NCBI GenBank assembly: GCA_000091205.1
Contig: AP006502.2
Source: Cyanidioschyzon merolae
Taxonomy: Eukaryota
DNA length: 64,000 nt
Reading direction: 5' to 3' (one strand)
In this document: in pieces, positions 20,125-31,313 of the stretch
How the letters are laid out: the number at the start of each line of letters is the position of its first letter
Numbering within the stretch: the stretch's first letter is position 1
The notes under the pieces: model-generated
Told to the model about the DNA's origin: nothing
The model's input: the letters and a program-made list of their open reading frames with translations, nothing else
Database searches by the model: none
Program-made: the position numbers and the translations under genes

Positions 20125-23100
20125 TTATGGTTGGAGAAGCTTGCGTAAGCGCTCCTTGTAGGCGTTGCATTCCATTTCCATTTCTGCGAGGCAGATAAGG
20201 AGCTCGTTGTGTTCTTCTCGAAGACGCCAAAGCTCCGCCTCCATGTCCGCAGCGCGCGGATCCACGTGGACTTGTGTGGCGTCCTGCTCTTGCTCCTGCG
20301 CTTTCACCACTGCCGCACCTGTTGCTGGTACTGCTGCTGATGCTGTTGCGAAAGCTGACGACGGCAACCAGGCGTGCTGCGAGCTGTCAGCACCGGATGC
20401 GTCCAGCTCGTTGACGTGCGTTGCTCGCCAGGGTTGCTGTGGTTGCGCCCGCTTGTCGTGGTGGTGCTGCTCGGCGAGTTGCTTGCGCAGCAACATGTTC
20501 TCATCGTGCACCATTTCGACTGCGCTGGCAAGTCGTGACTCGCGGGCAATGAGTTCCTCGATCTGTTTCTCTAGTTGCGCGATGAGGTCGCGCTGTGCAG
20601 CTGCACTGCTTGGCAACTCTGCCGCCGTCTCCATATGCTGGCTGTGGCTCCCTCTGGTATCGTCGGATGGATGCGCTGGCTCCAGTCGGGGCAGGTTCGT
20701 GTCGGTGAGCGCTTCTCGTGAAGATACCTGGTCGTCGCCGTTGTCGTCGTCGTCGTCGTCGTCGTCGTTGGGTGTCCCAGCAAGCACGCTGGCACGAGTT
20801 CCAGAGGCATTTGGATGCTGGGCGTGCTCCCATGCTGCCAAGCGTGCGCGTAGGGCGCTGATACAGGTCTGAAGACGAATGTTCTCTTGGCGAAGATCGC
20901 CGCTCGCCATGCGTTCTTTCACGAGAGAGCGCTGTAGCGCATCGACGGACGCTGGATCCGCTGCTGGGCCGTCCACATCATATGAAGCGCTGGAATCGTT
21001 TTCGGGACTTGCTCGGTACTGGGTTGTTTCTGGCGCTGATGCTTCGTCGAACGCGCGCTTGTGCGATGACGCAAGCGCAATCGTGCGCAGGTGTTCGATC
21101 TCTTCCTCGAGTTCCTGGAGGACTTGTTCATGGACCCGCATCATTTCACGCATACTGGCCTCGTGCCTAGATTCAAGTTCAGCTAACTGCCGTTCATAGG
21201 CATCGCGGACAAGTTGTACTTGATGGGTATGCTGCTCTCCAGCGAACGCTTTGTCAGCCCTGATCGCTGACTCGGCGTGATCATCATCATCATCATGATC
21301 GTCATCGCCATCGTTATCATCGGGGTCGTGCTCACCATGCATCGCTAGCACCGCAGGAACTGGCTGCGGTGAGCGCTCGTTGCGCCTCGCCTCCGAGTCT
21401 GCGACTTGTTCGGTACCCGTAGCACCAGCTGATAGGATGACAGCGCGGATTTGCGCCTGGAGGTTGTCAAACTCAAGTTCACATTCTTGCAATGTTGCCT
21501 GCTGATCAGTGAGCATATCAAGCTGCCGGTCGATTATGGCGAATTGCTTATCCCTCCAGAAGTGAACGGTCGACGCACATGCACTGACCTCGGATGCGGT
21601 CGCGTCTATCACTCCAGTGATCTGATCCGTAAGCGCTCGTCTCCATCGATGATGCTCCGCTTCGATCATATGGATGCGAGCACAGAGTGCTTCCTGTTGC
21701 TCCTCAGCGGTAGCCAGTCTCTGGTTGGTCTGGTGAAGCTCCGCTACGCACTCATCGTGCGCAAGCTGAGTCTCGGCGTGCTCCGCGAGTACTCGGTCCA
21801 GCTGCGATTGCAGTTCGTGGCTGATTTCCTCGTACTGCTTTTCCGCCGCCAGTGCTTCTTCACGCTCCAGGCCGAGGGCATTTTGCAAGTTCTGCACTTG
21901 ACTCTGTAGGTGCTGTACTTGGTCTTCTCGAGATGCAAGCGTTTCTTGCAAGAGTAAAACCTGAGCGCTAAGTTCCTCCAATTCAGCATCGCGCGTTTCG
22001 CTTTTGGATTCGAGCTCGCGATTTCTCGCTTCCAGTTCAGCAAGTTTCTCCCTATCCGCCTGGGCCTGTTCTAAAGAGATTTCCAACTCCCGTCGTTCAC
22101 TCTCAAGCTCTTCGCACCTTCGCGTGATCGTTCGCATGGAATCCTCCAGATCCTCGAGCCGGCGGCGGTCTCTGGTAGCCGCAGTCAACGCTTCTTCGTA
22201 TTCCTCGATGCGAGTCTGGTAGAGCTGCACCAGCTCCTCGAGTCTCTGTAGCTCTGCAGTTTGTCCGTCGCAGTCTGCATGCTGCTCTCTGAGCACAGTG
22301 AAGCTGTGGGAAACCTGCGCTAGATCTTCCTCCAGAGACCGGATACGCGAGTTCAACAACGCCTTCTCATGTACGTGAGCATCCAGTTCGGATTTCAGAT
22401 TTGTGCATGTTTCCTGAACACTTTCGAGACGACTTGCATGCTCCAGCAGAGAGTCTCGTTCGTCACAGACGTTTCGATATTGGGTTTCGAGTTCTGCGAG
22501 TTGCGTTTGCGCTGCTTGCTGGGCTGCTACCGCATGCCCGAGAGACGCGCATTCGCTCCGAAGCCTGTCTCGTTCGTCACAGACGTTTCGATATTGGGTT
22601 TCGAGTTCTGCGAGTTGCGTTTGCGCTGCTTGCTGGGCTGCTACCGCATGCCCGAGAGACGCGCATTCGCTCCGAAGCCTGTCTCGCTCGTCACAGACGC
22701 TTCGATACTGGGTTTCGAGTTCTGCGAGTTGCGTTTCAGACCGACGCAATTCCGCAAATGCATCCTCTAAACGCTGCCAGGATCCAACAGCATGCGAGAC
22801 AGGCCCTGCCTCGGCATACCCAGGCTTCAGATATCCAAACAGTTTCACCGCAGCGTCCTTGAGCGCACCCAGCGCAAGCCCTTTAATCAGTATCTCTTCC
22901 AGTATCAAAACCTCTACCCTGAACGCACCATAACCAGCAGCACGCTCCCGAGCGATTGCCTGATTCTTTCGCAAGGCATAAGCGAATAGTTCGGGAAGCG
23001 CCTCCAAGGGCGCAACACACGTCCCTACCTCTGGTGCAGTGCAGGCACCGACCGTCGTGCGCTGCAGCGTCATCTTCGCTTCTGCACTCCCGGACAGCAC

Positions 23101-26100
23101 CACAGATGCATCGCTGCCACGCGGGATATGTGCTGGCAGGATTGCGCTACACCGCCAGATGCGGGTACACAATGTATCCACGCGAGCCTCCATGGAGCGC
23201 AACGAGGCCAACACATGGACTAGGTCTCCATCGAAGCGATTGGACAGGTTGTGCAGGGCATCGAGGGCGATGCTGAGACGCCCACTTGCTGTCGTACCAG
23301 CAGCGAGCGCATTCGCCGGTGCAACCTCGCACCGCAAACTGTCCCCTGTTACCCAACGATCGATGAGTGCATCTGGAGGTTGATCAGCACTCGGCACACG
23401 CCCAGATACCACCATTGATGCGACTTGGGCTGCTCGTTCACCGCTCACACGAGACGCTGCCTCGAGCTCCGATTCACTGGGCTGCAGAGCGGCAAGCACA
23501 TCTGTTTGCGTGCCCGTCGAGGCCACGTCAGGTCGCTGGTGCTGGTCGTGCGTCGTCACCCGCTCTGCCGCTGAACGCAACGACGCCAGTTCCGTGCGCA
23601 GCGTATCACGTTCCTGTTCAAGTCGAATAACCTGTTCTTCAAGGATTTGCTGTGTTTCATAGGCATCTTCTTCGGATCGTTCCAACATTTTCTGCAGTGA
23701 AACAAGTTGGGTTTCGAGGTCCGCGATACGTTGCTCTCGGGAGCCTGCGTCGATAGCAGGGTCGAACGATGTATCTGCTCGCAGTACGGTAGCGAATCGA
23801 TCCTCGCTCGAAGAACGCAGAGGCGGTGCCTCACTCGCAGGATAGCGCGGACTTGCGGAGCCGCTGCCGCTAGCGTCTTCAGCGGCACTTTCGATCACTG
23901 CATCTGAGGGTGCCCCGTCAGCCCCAGTATTCGTACGATTTTGGGACTGGATGTAGTCCTCGAGCGCTCGCAACCGCTCTCGCAAGTGCGCATTCTCGAT
24001 TCGCACGAGTTCCGATGCGCTATCCTCGCCTCGCTCTGCATCCTCGAACTGGTTCAGGAGAATCATCAACCGCTCATTCTTCTGCCGTTCTTCGGCGAGT
24101 GCGCGTTCCAATATCCTGACATCAGTGATATCGCATGCTGACGACTCTGACGTCTCGTCGATGTACGCGTGCGCTTCGTTGCTTCGGAAATGATCCGCAG
24201 TCGTTCGCTCCGCGGGATCGCGGAAAACTCCACTATGCACGTGCTGTGCTGGCAGAACGCTCGACCCGTCATCGACGTGTGCACCAGCGTTCCTCAGTTG
24301 CTCGTTCTCTAGGGCGAGCGCTTCGCACGCTTTCGATATCGACTCCACATCGCGCTGGCGGCTCTGTAATGCCTGCTCCAGCGACGCCACCTGTTCCGTT
24401 AGTCGCCGTACCAAATCCTCGCGCTCAGTTAACTGGTCACGAACGAGCCTCAGTTCCTCCCTAAAACGCGACTCTGAGCCGCGCAGAAGCGAATCTGCAT
24501 AATCCTGACTCTCACGAAGGCTCCTGCGGAGCATTTCAACTTCTTCTTTGGATGCCAACAGCGCCTCGTCTTGTTTTCGAATCATTCTTTTGTATTCGTC
24601 GAGCTGAGCCACCATATCCTCGAGTTCTCGGATTCGCATCTGCATGGCTCGAATCTCATTTGATGATTTGTTTGTGGTGTCATCGAAGTGCCGGTTATCG
24701 ATAGATAACGAGCCGGGCGTCGCAAACTCCTTTGCGTTTCGAGGTGACGCACTCACCCCAACCTCAGCGGACTTGAGAGTCGAGCCCTGCATCTCGGTAT
24801 CAGAAGGCGGAACCTCTTGCTCCACATACTCGTGAAGAAGGCGTTTTTGGACGCAGTCATATACAGGCTCCATAATGGAGACAAGTTCTTGAGGAAAGAT
24901 ATACATATGTCCAAGTTCTTCAACTAGACCAGATCCTTGACGGGATTCGGTCGTCAAGACGCCTCTCGCGAAGCGTTGTTCCAGCAGCAGTCCAGGAGAG
25001 CCCGTGATCGCCGCTGCAAAGTATGCCGACGCTCGCACATCATCCAAGTAAGAAGCAAAGCGCATCAGTCCAATGCGTTTCCGCACAATACCGACCAGGG
25101 TTCTTGGCGATATCACCAGCGATTCCGCTTCTGCACACTCGAGTTCCATGCACTCGGCGATCGCCAGCGCTGCGAGGCCGCGGATATGCACGAAGAGCAT
25201 ACCTTCAGCACGGCTTCCCGACGATGAGACCAGGTCCATCAGCAGCGGCACATTCAGCGGTGTGGACAAGAACTTTTGGCGTGCTCTGTCTGAAACATAC
25301 AGCCAACAGCACAGGAGCAGCAACAGCGCTAGTCGCACTAATGGAGGACTGTTTTCGCGCACCGCACGCCCCAACGTACGCAGCAGCTTCATAAACAGAG
25401 GCTCACCTGCTGAGCATTCGCCCGTGAGCGCACCAGCACCTAGGACGACACGATATCTAGATACTGGCATCAGCAGCGGGTCCTGGTCGGCCACCGATGA
25501 ACCCTGAGCACAGCAGCGTACCATCCACGACGCCAACAGCGAGCACGCGTACAATACAGCAGCTGGGTCAGCTTCATCGGGCCAGCCGACAGCAACACCC
25601 AGCAGTTCAGAGACAACGCGCTGGAGCGCATGAGCAGTGCGTTCATCGATCGATTCGACGTCCTTCAATACTTCGGAAGCGTGCGGATTACTGGAGGCGG
25701 GATCGACGGCACCACAAGTCTGACGCTTGTCTGCCAACATCCAGGTGAACCAGCACAAGCCTGATTCGCTTTCCAGCCATACCATAGAAAGAAAGCAGAA
25801 CGCTGCTGCTCGCAGCTCCTGTGATGCGTGCTCCGTCATCATGTCCAACACGAATGCAAGAAAAAGCGTATGCACCTCTTTCCCGTTTGGTGCCCGGCTG
25901 GTACGTGCTTGGCTGGAATCATCGACTTCAGCGACAACAACCCAAAGTCCATGCAAGAATGATAGGGTCGCGACGTGATCTCGAGACAGGCGGCCTAAAG
26001 TCAGAAGACCTTGGACAACGACGGCGTCCGCGTTGCGAGCACTACAAATCAAGCGCGCGATGCTCTCTGTAACACCGTAATGGAGACAAAGTGCTCGAGT

Positions 26101-27489
26101 CCGTGGTTCCTTGTTCGTAGACTCGGCGCGCGACAAGTGATCGACTAAACCAATCGTCAAAATCAGGTTGTCCACTTGCACGGGTCGCAGTGCTTTCGCT
26201 GGATGATCAGCCAGGAACAAGAGCGGACAGAGCTTTGGGATGCAACCAGCCTCGGCGAAGAGCGTCGCGATCGCCGGATCACCATCCAGCAAAATATCCA
26301 TAAAAATCAGACAGTCTCGCGTGACCAAGTCCATGACGTCTGACGTGGACGCCAACACCATCGGTACATGTTGTTGCTGTCGTAGACTCTCGTCGGATGC
26401 AGATGTTCTCGCTAGCGACTCTGACTGCGGGCGGCCGGATGCTGGAAAGCCATCCGTATCATCTGTTTCTGAGTTATCGTCGGCATCGCCGTTTTCAGCA
26501 GGTGCGTATCTCCGAGATATCTGAACCTCATCGCTCTGCTCATCGACATGGACACTGACTTCCTCATAGCGTGCCTTGTCGATCATTTCGAACAAAAGTT
26601 CGAAAATATTTTCAAAAGCAAGTATTCTCTGGATTTCCCCGCTGTTGCGCGAGAGCTCCATGACGAGACGGAGGCCGTAGGTTCGTACCACCTCGCGCGG
26701 GTCCCGCAGTAAATCCATCATTCGCGAGACTCCTCGCGGGCAGCGAAGAACGGCTTTCTGTAATGGTGGCAGGGCATGCCTCGCGATATGCGTCAGCAAG
26801 TCGGACACCTGAAGCCGAACGGAGTAGTCACCGTCTGCGAGCAAGTCGAGCAGGCACGGTACAAGACCCAGTCCCGCTCGCTCGGAAGCGGTGACGGGTG
26901 GACTGGCGGCACCGAGCATCATAGACACAGCGGTGCGTATCGTGGACGCTGTGTCGGCACTCCACTTCCGCCAAATGTCTTCGTTTCGGTGCAACGGCGC
27001 AACGGCTTCCTTCGATTGGCAGCTGGTATTGCTTCGACGTCGCACGAGCGAACGCCTCTCTGAAGAGGCGGCCTGCGTGCTGTCCTCGAGCGAGCCCGCA
27101 AGACTCACGGTCGGCGCACAGAGAAGCAGTTGTAGCAAAGCGAGCGTACTTTGGATAAGTTCAGACTCCGTCCTGTCCTGCTCGAGGATAGCTCCCAGAA
27201 GAGGCACGCCCTTCGTTACCAACTCTTCCCGGAGGCTCAGCGCGACCCGCAGCGCTTCTGAGACCTCGTCACAGGCATCAGCATCAGCCTGCTCTAAGAG
27301 CTCGGCGACCTTATCGTCTGCCGCAGTCACCCGTCGGAGCAGGACCTCGACACACTGGAGACGTTCAGAGGGAAACCGCCCACAATGCAGCCGGTGTATA
27401 ATCAGGTCGAGCGCTTCTGTAACACCAGAGGTGGCCGGATTACGGTCAGCTCCAGCAACGTAGCGCGCTGCCTTGGTGATCAAGTTCAT
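20125..27489 (-). CDS. USO1: USO1/p115-like vesicle-tethering golgin of 2454 aa. An N-terminal armadillo-like head is followed by a very long coiled coil with poly-Asp tracts and three perfect 38-aa repeats.
   Basis: The N-terminus ...LGAILEQDRTESELIQSTLALLQLLL parallels the p115 head motif LQTDRSDSEIIGYALDTLYNI. The C-terminal two thirds is heptad-rich (LAELETQYRNVCDERDRLRSE...). DDDDDDDDD tracts are encoded by (GTC)n around 20742-20767 and 21283-21300. The ATG at 27487-27489 was verified. Confidence 0.65.
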   Translation of the reverse strand: MNLITKAARYVAGADRNPATSGVTEALDLIIHRLHCGRFPSERLQCVEVLLRRVTAADDKVAELLEQADADACDEVSEALRVALSLREELVTKGVPLLGAILEQDRTESELIQSTLALLQLLLCAPTVSLAGSLEDSTQAASSERRSLVRRRSNTSCQSKEAVAPLHRNEDIWRKWSADTASTIRTAVSMMLGAASPPVTASERAGLGLVPCLLDLLADGDYSVRLQVSDLLTHIARHALPPLQKAVLRCPRGVSRMMDLLRDPREVVRTYGLRLVMELSRNSGEIQRILAFENIFELLFEMIDKARYEEVSVHVDEQSDEVQISRRYAPAENGDADDNSETDDTDGFPASGRPQSESLARTSASDESLRQQQHVPMVLASTSDVMDLVTRDCLIFMDILLDGDPAIATLFAEAGCIPKLCPLLFLADHPAKALRPVQVDNLILTIGLVDHLSRAESTNKEPRTRALCLHYGVTESIARLICSARNADAVVVQGLLTLGRLSRDHVATLSFLHGLWVVVAEVDDSSQARTSRAPNGKEVHTLFLAFVLDMMTEHASQELRAAAFCFLSMVWLESESGLCWFTWMLADKRQTCGAVDPASSNPHASEVLKDVESIDERTAHALQRVVSELLGVAVGWPDEADPAAVLYACSLLASWMVRCCAQGSSVADQDPLLMPVSRYRVVLGAGALTGECSAGEPLFMKLLRTLGRAVRENSPPLVRLALLLLLCCWLYVSDRARQKFLSTPLNVPLLMDLVSSSGSRAEGMLFVHIRGLAALAIAECMELECAEAESLVISPRTLVGIVRKRIGLMRFASYLDDVRASAYFAAAITGSPGLLLEQRFARGVLTTESRQGSGLVEELGHMYIFPQELVSIMEPVYDCVQKRLLHEYVEQEVPPSDTEMQGSTLKSAEVGVSASPRNAKEFATPGSLSIDNRHFDDTTNKSSNEIRAMQMRIRELEDMVAQLDEYKRMIRKQDEALLASKEEVEMLRRSLRESQDYADSLLRGSESRFREELRLVRDQLTEREDLVRRLTEQVASLEQALQSRQRDVESISKACEALALENEQLRNAGAHVDDGSSVLPAQHVHSGVFRDPAERTTADHFRSNEAHAYIDETSESSACDITDVRILERALAEERQKNERLMILLNQFEDAERGEDSASELVRIENAHLRERLRALEDYIQSQNRTNTGADGAPSDAVIESAAEDASGSGSASPRYPASEAPPLRSSSEDRFATVLRADTSFDPAIDAGSREQRIADLETQLVSLQKMLERSEEDAYETQQILEEQVIRLEQERDTLRTELASLRSAAERVTTHDQHQRPDVASTGTQTDVLAALQPSESELEAASRVSGERAAQVASMVVSGRVPSADQPPDALIDRWVTGDSLRCEVAPANALAAGTTASGRLSIALDALHNLSNRFDGDLVHVLASLRSMEARVDTLCTRIWRCSAILPAHIPRGSDASVVLSGSAEAKMTLQRTTVGACTAPEVGTCVAPLEALPELFAYALRKNQAIARERAAGYGAFRVEVLILEEILIKGLALGALKDAAVKLFGYLKPGYAEAGPVSHAVGSWQRLEDAFAELRRSETQLAELETQYRSVCDERDRLRSECASLGHAVAAQQAAQTQLAELETQYRNVCDERDRLRSECASLGHAVAAQQAAQTQLAELETQYRNVCDERDSLLEHASRLESVQETCTNLKSELDAHVHEKALLNSRIRSLEEDLAQVSHSFTVLREQHADCDGQTAELQRLEELVQLYQTRIEEYEEALTAATRDRRRLEDLEDSMRTITRRCEELESERRELEISLEQAQADREKLAELEARNRELESKSETRDAELEELSAQVLLLQETLASREDQVQHLQSQVQNLQNALGLEREEALAAEKQYEEISHELQSQLDRVLAEHAETQLAHDECVAELHQTNQRLATAEEQQEALCARIHMIEAEHHRWRRALTDQITGVIDATASEVSACASTVHFWRDKQFAIIDRQLDMLTDQQATLQECELEFDNLQAQIRAVILSAGATGTEQVADSEARRNERSPQPVPAVLAMHGEHDPDDNDGDDDHDDDDDHAESAIRADKAFAGEQHTHQVQLVRDAYERQLAELESRHEASMREMMRVHEQVLQELEEEIEHLRTIALASSHKRAFDEASAPETTQYRASPENDSSASYDVDGPAADPASVDALQRSLVKERMASGDLRQENIRLQTCISALRARLAAWEHAQHPNASGTRASVLAGTPNDDDDDDDDNGDDQVSSREALTDTNLPRLEPAHPSDDTRGSHSQHMETAAELPSSAAAQRDLIAQLEKQIEELIARESRLASAVEMVHDENMLLRKQLAEQHHHDKRAQPQQPWRATHVNELDASGADSSQHAWLPSSAFATASAAVPATGAAVVKAQEQEQDATQVHVDPRAADMEAELWRLREEHNELLICLAEMEMECNAYKERLRKLLQP
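22453..22795. repeat. Three tandem copies of a 114-bp coding repeat (38 aa, QTQLAELETQYRNVCDERDRLRSECASLGHAVAAQQAA) inside the golgin coiled coil.
   Basis: gtctcgttcgtcacagacgtttcgatattgggtttcgagttctgcgagttgcg... recurs at 22453, 22567 and 22681 with near-perfect identity. Confidence 0.9.
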
Positions 27490-28334
27490 AAGGGGTCTTC
27501 CCTGAGAGGCAACAGCCCTACCGTGTCTATGGCTTCAACGCTAGTTATACGCACGATCCCTGCGCGAGTATAACGTACCGCGCCTGTCTATCGATGTTGC
27601 GTTCGCGCGGCGGGGCGGGCGCTCTGCGGCAGTGCCGGGCACAGCGCTCCTGCGCTCTTCCCGGCACTGCCGCGTTGTGAAGCACCGCGCACATCCACGA
27701 AAGCCGTGCATGATTCCCGCACCACAGAAAGCACCCCAGACGCGACATCGAAGCCAGTGGATAACGACGCGTTGGTATCGCAATATCCGCCTTGCCGATA
27801 CCGTGGAAAATCCATACTCTGGTGTGTAGCGTCGTGTGGGATCGTGTGGTATACACGAATACGCATGCTTGCTTGGAGGCCTCGGTGTAGGCCTATCGTT
27901 GAATCTCTTCGCCAGCACGCTGCTGGGCGTTGCGCTGTGTGGCAACGGCCGCTATGTCCGCCCCCAGCGCCACCAGGCATGCCACAAAACAAAACTCCAG
28001 TATGAGCAAGCGCTTCTCTGCGCCAGAAACGCCAGCACCGTTGTGTGGAAAACTGCCGCTCGAATGAGCTTCCTGATGAAGGTATGAATACGCTGCGATT
28101 GACAAATGCTGCAACGATGGGATGGTTCAGGTGCGGGCGTCCTGCCTATCGATGGGGAACGAGGCCCGACGCATGGGAGCGCTTCCGCAGTTCCGCAGGC
28201 ATCGAACGCCTGTGGCGCTGCGGGCGCGGTGCGCCGCATGTCGTTGCGCCCGCTCCAGCAGCCGTGTGTCACCCGAACAGCGTCCTTCTGGGTAACCCGT
28301 GCGTTCTCATTGCTGTGTGCGTTCGCCGGGCTCC

Positions 28335-29840
28335 ATGAATAAAGAAGACGCTGATGCGTGTCTGAAGTTTGCCCATGAGGCACTCCGGGACGCTGACCTG
28401 GTGAGCGCGCTCAAGTGGGCCCGAAAAGCGTGTCGTTTGCATGATAGCGCTGAAGCGCGGAGTTTACTCGAGACGCTTGAGAAATCTGCTCGTCGAACAG
28501 GTTTTGTCCTGAACAGTGCAGACCATGACCAAGCTGTGGTTGGTGCGGGAGAAGATGACGCGGCGGGTGCCGGCCAGGTGCCTCCCGTGAACACCCACGA
28601 CCGCAGAGGGCAACCTAGCGCTCCTGTTGAAGACGCTGCTGGTGCTGGTGCATCGGGTAAGCGCGAGGCAGACGCGCACGCAAAGCACCAGCCAAGATCC
28701 AACAATTACGTGAACACAGGTGCTAGTCACTCAAACGGTCATTCGCAGGCAGCTTCTGAAGAGGCAGCGAGCGCTGCTTCGCATACGCGCACGCAAAAGC
28801 CGCAACCTGCCCAAACATCGAGACAGCGCTCTAGCCGATCTCCTTCGCAGCGACCTTCGACCTCACGCGAAGATATTGCAGAAATACTGAATGCTCGAGA
28901 TCTCTACCGAGTATTATCTGTGGAGCGAAACGCATCTGACGACGACCTTCGCCGTGCCTATCGCCGACTCGCATTGCGCTTTCATCCGGACAAGAACAGC
29001 GAGCCGGGCGCCGACGCTGCGTTCAAGCGCATTGCACACGCTTTTCAGACGTTGTCCAACCCGGACCGGCGTCGACTCTACGATCAGACTGGCATTGACG
29101 ACGAGCAGTCTGCGCTGAGGTACCAACAAGCACAGGCTCAGGCAGAGCACCACGCGGATGTGTTTTTCATGACAGGCTCGTCATCTTTTCACGGCGCACG
29201 TGGTGCCCGCATCTATACCCCGGACGCTTTTGACGGTTTCTTTTTTGGACCTGGAGAAATGAGTGCCGAAGAGCTTTTTGAGGCGTTCTTCTACGGCGGC
29301 TTTGGGGCCGGCATGCCCATGTCGTACTTGGCACAACGCCGGGCAGCGTTTTTGTCGCGAGCACGACAACAGCGCCAACGTGGCCACCCGTCCGCAGCGG
29401 GAAACGCGGGTCATGCTCGTCGACTTGGCATGTTTTGGCACTTTATGCCCTTTCTGATTTTTCTTTTCTTACCGTACATACTCTCCGCACTCGCACCTCT
29501 GCCCAGTTTTGTACTGGAGCCACAAGGCGCGTTTCGTTGGGAACGACGCACCACGGACACCAATCTTCCGTATTTCGTTCGCGATGAAGCGCATAAGCGA
29601 CAGAAGGAGCAGCATATCGAACTTGAGCGCAGGGTTGAACGGGAATGGCTCCAGCGATACGCCGATTCATGTCGCGCAAGACGGCGGGAACAGGCGCAAC
29701 TACTTGGCTTTGCTCGACGCGCATGGACACATCGCTCGCGAACTGCTTACGAGAATGCTGCCGAGGCCGTGCCAATGCACGATTGCGAATCCTTTGAGCA
29801 TCTACGTCTTAGGTTAGCGAACACATCCCGTTCCCGTTGA
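28335..29840 (+). CDS. ER-membrane J-protein of the DNAJB12/DNAJB14/Hlj1 type, with a J domain, a C-terminal DUF1977-like region and a TM segment.
   Basis: The N-terminus MNKEDADACLKFAHEALRDADLVSALKWARKACRLHDS parallels the DNAJB12 N-terminus. The J domain is DLYRVLSVERNASDDDLRRAYRRLALRFHPDKN...FKRIAHAFQTLSNPDRRRLYD, with the HPD motif present. The hydrophobic FWHFMPFLIFLFLPYILSALAPLP fits a TM segment. The ATG is at 28335. Confidence 0.8.
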   Translation: MNKEDADACLKFAHEALRDADLVSALKWARKACRLHDSAEARSLLETLEKSARRTGFVLNSADHDQAVVGAGEDDAAGAGQVPPVNTHDRRGQPSAPVEDAAGAGASGKREADAHAKHQPRSNNYVNTGASHSNGHSQAASEEAASAASHTRTQKPQPAQTSRQRSSRSPSQRPSTSREDIAEILNARDLYRVLSVERNASDDDLRRAYRRLALRFHPDKNSEPGADAAFKRIAHAFQTLSNPDRRRLYDQTGIDDEQSALRYQQAQAQAEHHADVFFMTGSSSFHGARGARIYTPDAFDGFFFGPGEMSAEELFEAFFYGGFGAGMPMSYLAQRRAAFLSRARQQRQRGHPSAAGNAGHARRLGMFWHFMPFLIFLFLPYILSALAPLPSFVLEPQGAFRWERRTTDTNLPYFVRDEAHKRQKEQHIELERRVEREWLQRYADSCRARRREQAQLLGFARRAWTHRSRTAYENAAEAVPMHDCESFEHLRLRLANTSRSR

Positions 29841-31313
29841 AGCACTAGCGCTACGTTCGTAGGCGCTCGCACACGCGAATCTGCATCATCGCGTAGCGCT
29901 CACGCTCATCGCCCGAATACGCTCATGGCTACGCGAACATTCATACAATCGTCAGGGCTGCCTGTCTTGCGAGTGCCTTTCACACGCGTGCTCGCTCACG
30001 GGTATGCTGCATACCTGCTCTGGTGCGTGGCTGTCTCTGATCTACGGCACGGTAGCGAGATGGTGTCGCGAATACACTTTAGAAGAGGTCTGCGCGCATT
30101 CGGGCTCTGCACATGTATACCAAGCCTCGGTGACGCCTCGTCTATTTCCTGAAGCGCATCAGATGCAAGTATGCAGTCATAGCGGCCTCTGACGGACTTG
30201 CGGTACCATCCGAGGTTCATATTCTCGATGCCTGCATGCTACGAGGGCACTGCAACTGGCTCAGTGGTGCATACGTTTCAGCCGGTGAGCAAATGCTCAG
30301 CAGTTGCTCGTCGAGATTTGTTTCGGAAGCAATAGAAGCCCCCTGTACATTCTAAACGGTGCTCGTTGTACAAGTATTGCATAGCGCTTGGTTCAGAGTC
30401 GGTACGGATTTCTTTCCGCCTGCGGAGGCGCCGCGGCCGTTCCGAGCGCTGCTTAGCTATCGGATGCCTGCAAAGCATAACGTGTCGGTGCTTTGAACGC
30501 TCGTTTCGTGCTTCTTGTTCCAGTGATTCCAGAACGAATTCATGGTATCTGAAGACGAGTCTCGAGGGCACAGTTCCATCAGAGGGCATACAATGAGCAC
30601 GACAAGCTTTACGCGTGCGTTCTACGCTCGATACATCGCGACTAGGGTCCGAATTCGGCACTTGCCTCTCACATTGAAGCGGAATCGAGTTGGGCACTGT
30701 TACCAGTGTCCAAACGTACATCATGAGCGTCTTGGAAGCCACTTGTGGAACCTGTCGAGACTCTTGCGGCCAACTGAAGTACGTCGCGAGCAGGCGTCAA
30801 CAGCAAGCGGCGCCAGTGCTGGCGTAAACTCGAACCGGAGACATTCAGTGTACACTGTAACGTTTTCGAGGGGTTCGTGACCAGACTGAGAGGAGGTCAA
30901 CGCACTGTCCCGTTTCGTCACGCGAGAGACGTTTCAAGTCACGGCCCAGAGGCAAAGCACTCCTACGCAGCTTCCGTGCCTAAGATTCTTGATGCTTCAC
31001 AAAACTTATATTTTCCTGGGTCCCGTTTATAACAAGAGTCATATTACACTACAGTCGGGCACGAGATACTGGAATGGAACACGACAGCCCCACCATGTGT
31101 GAGCGTGCCTGAGCGTTATCGCTTCGCGCACTCTGGAACGGTGGACTCTCACATCCCCAAGGACGGCAAAAGATCACACAAAGGCAGTCCTATTTGTACA
31201 CATATATACGATGATGATCCGTTTCGCGGGCATCATGCGCTGCATACACGGTCTCGCACCAGCGCTGACGTCCCGCAAGACATCTAGGTCCTGCGAGGCG
31301 CGGTTCAGTGCTG

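Noticed and set aside
20165-20872. Plus-strand 235-aa ORF and several minus-strand ORFs inside the USO1-like gene.
   Set aside because: They are antisense or out-of-frame shadows of the 2454-aa gene; S/C/A-rich compositions come from microsatellite codons.
22369-22862. Two plus-strand ORFs with internally repeated peptides (FVTDVSILGFEFCELRLRCLLGCYRMPERRAFAPKP).
   Set aside because: They are the antisense reading of the 114-bp coding repeats of the USO1-like gene, not an independent gene.
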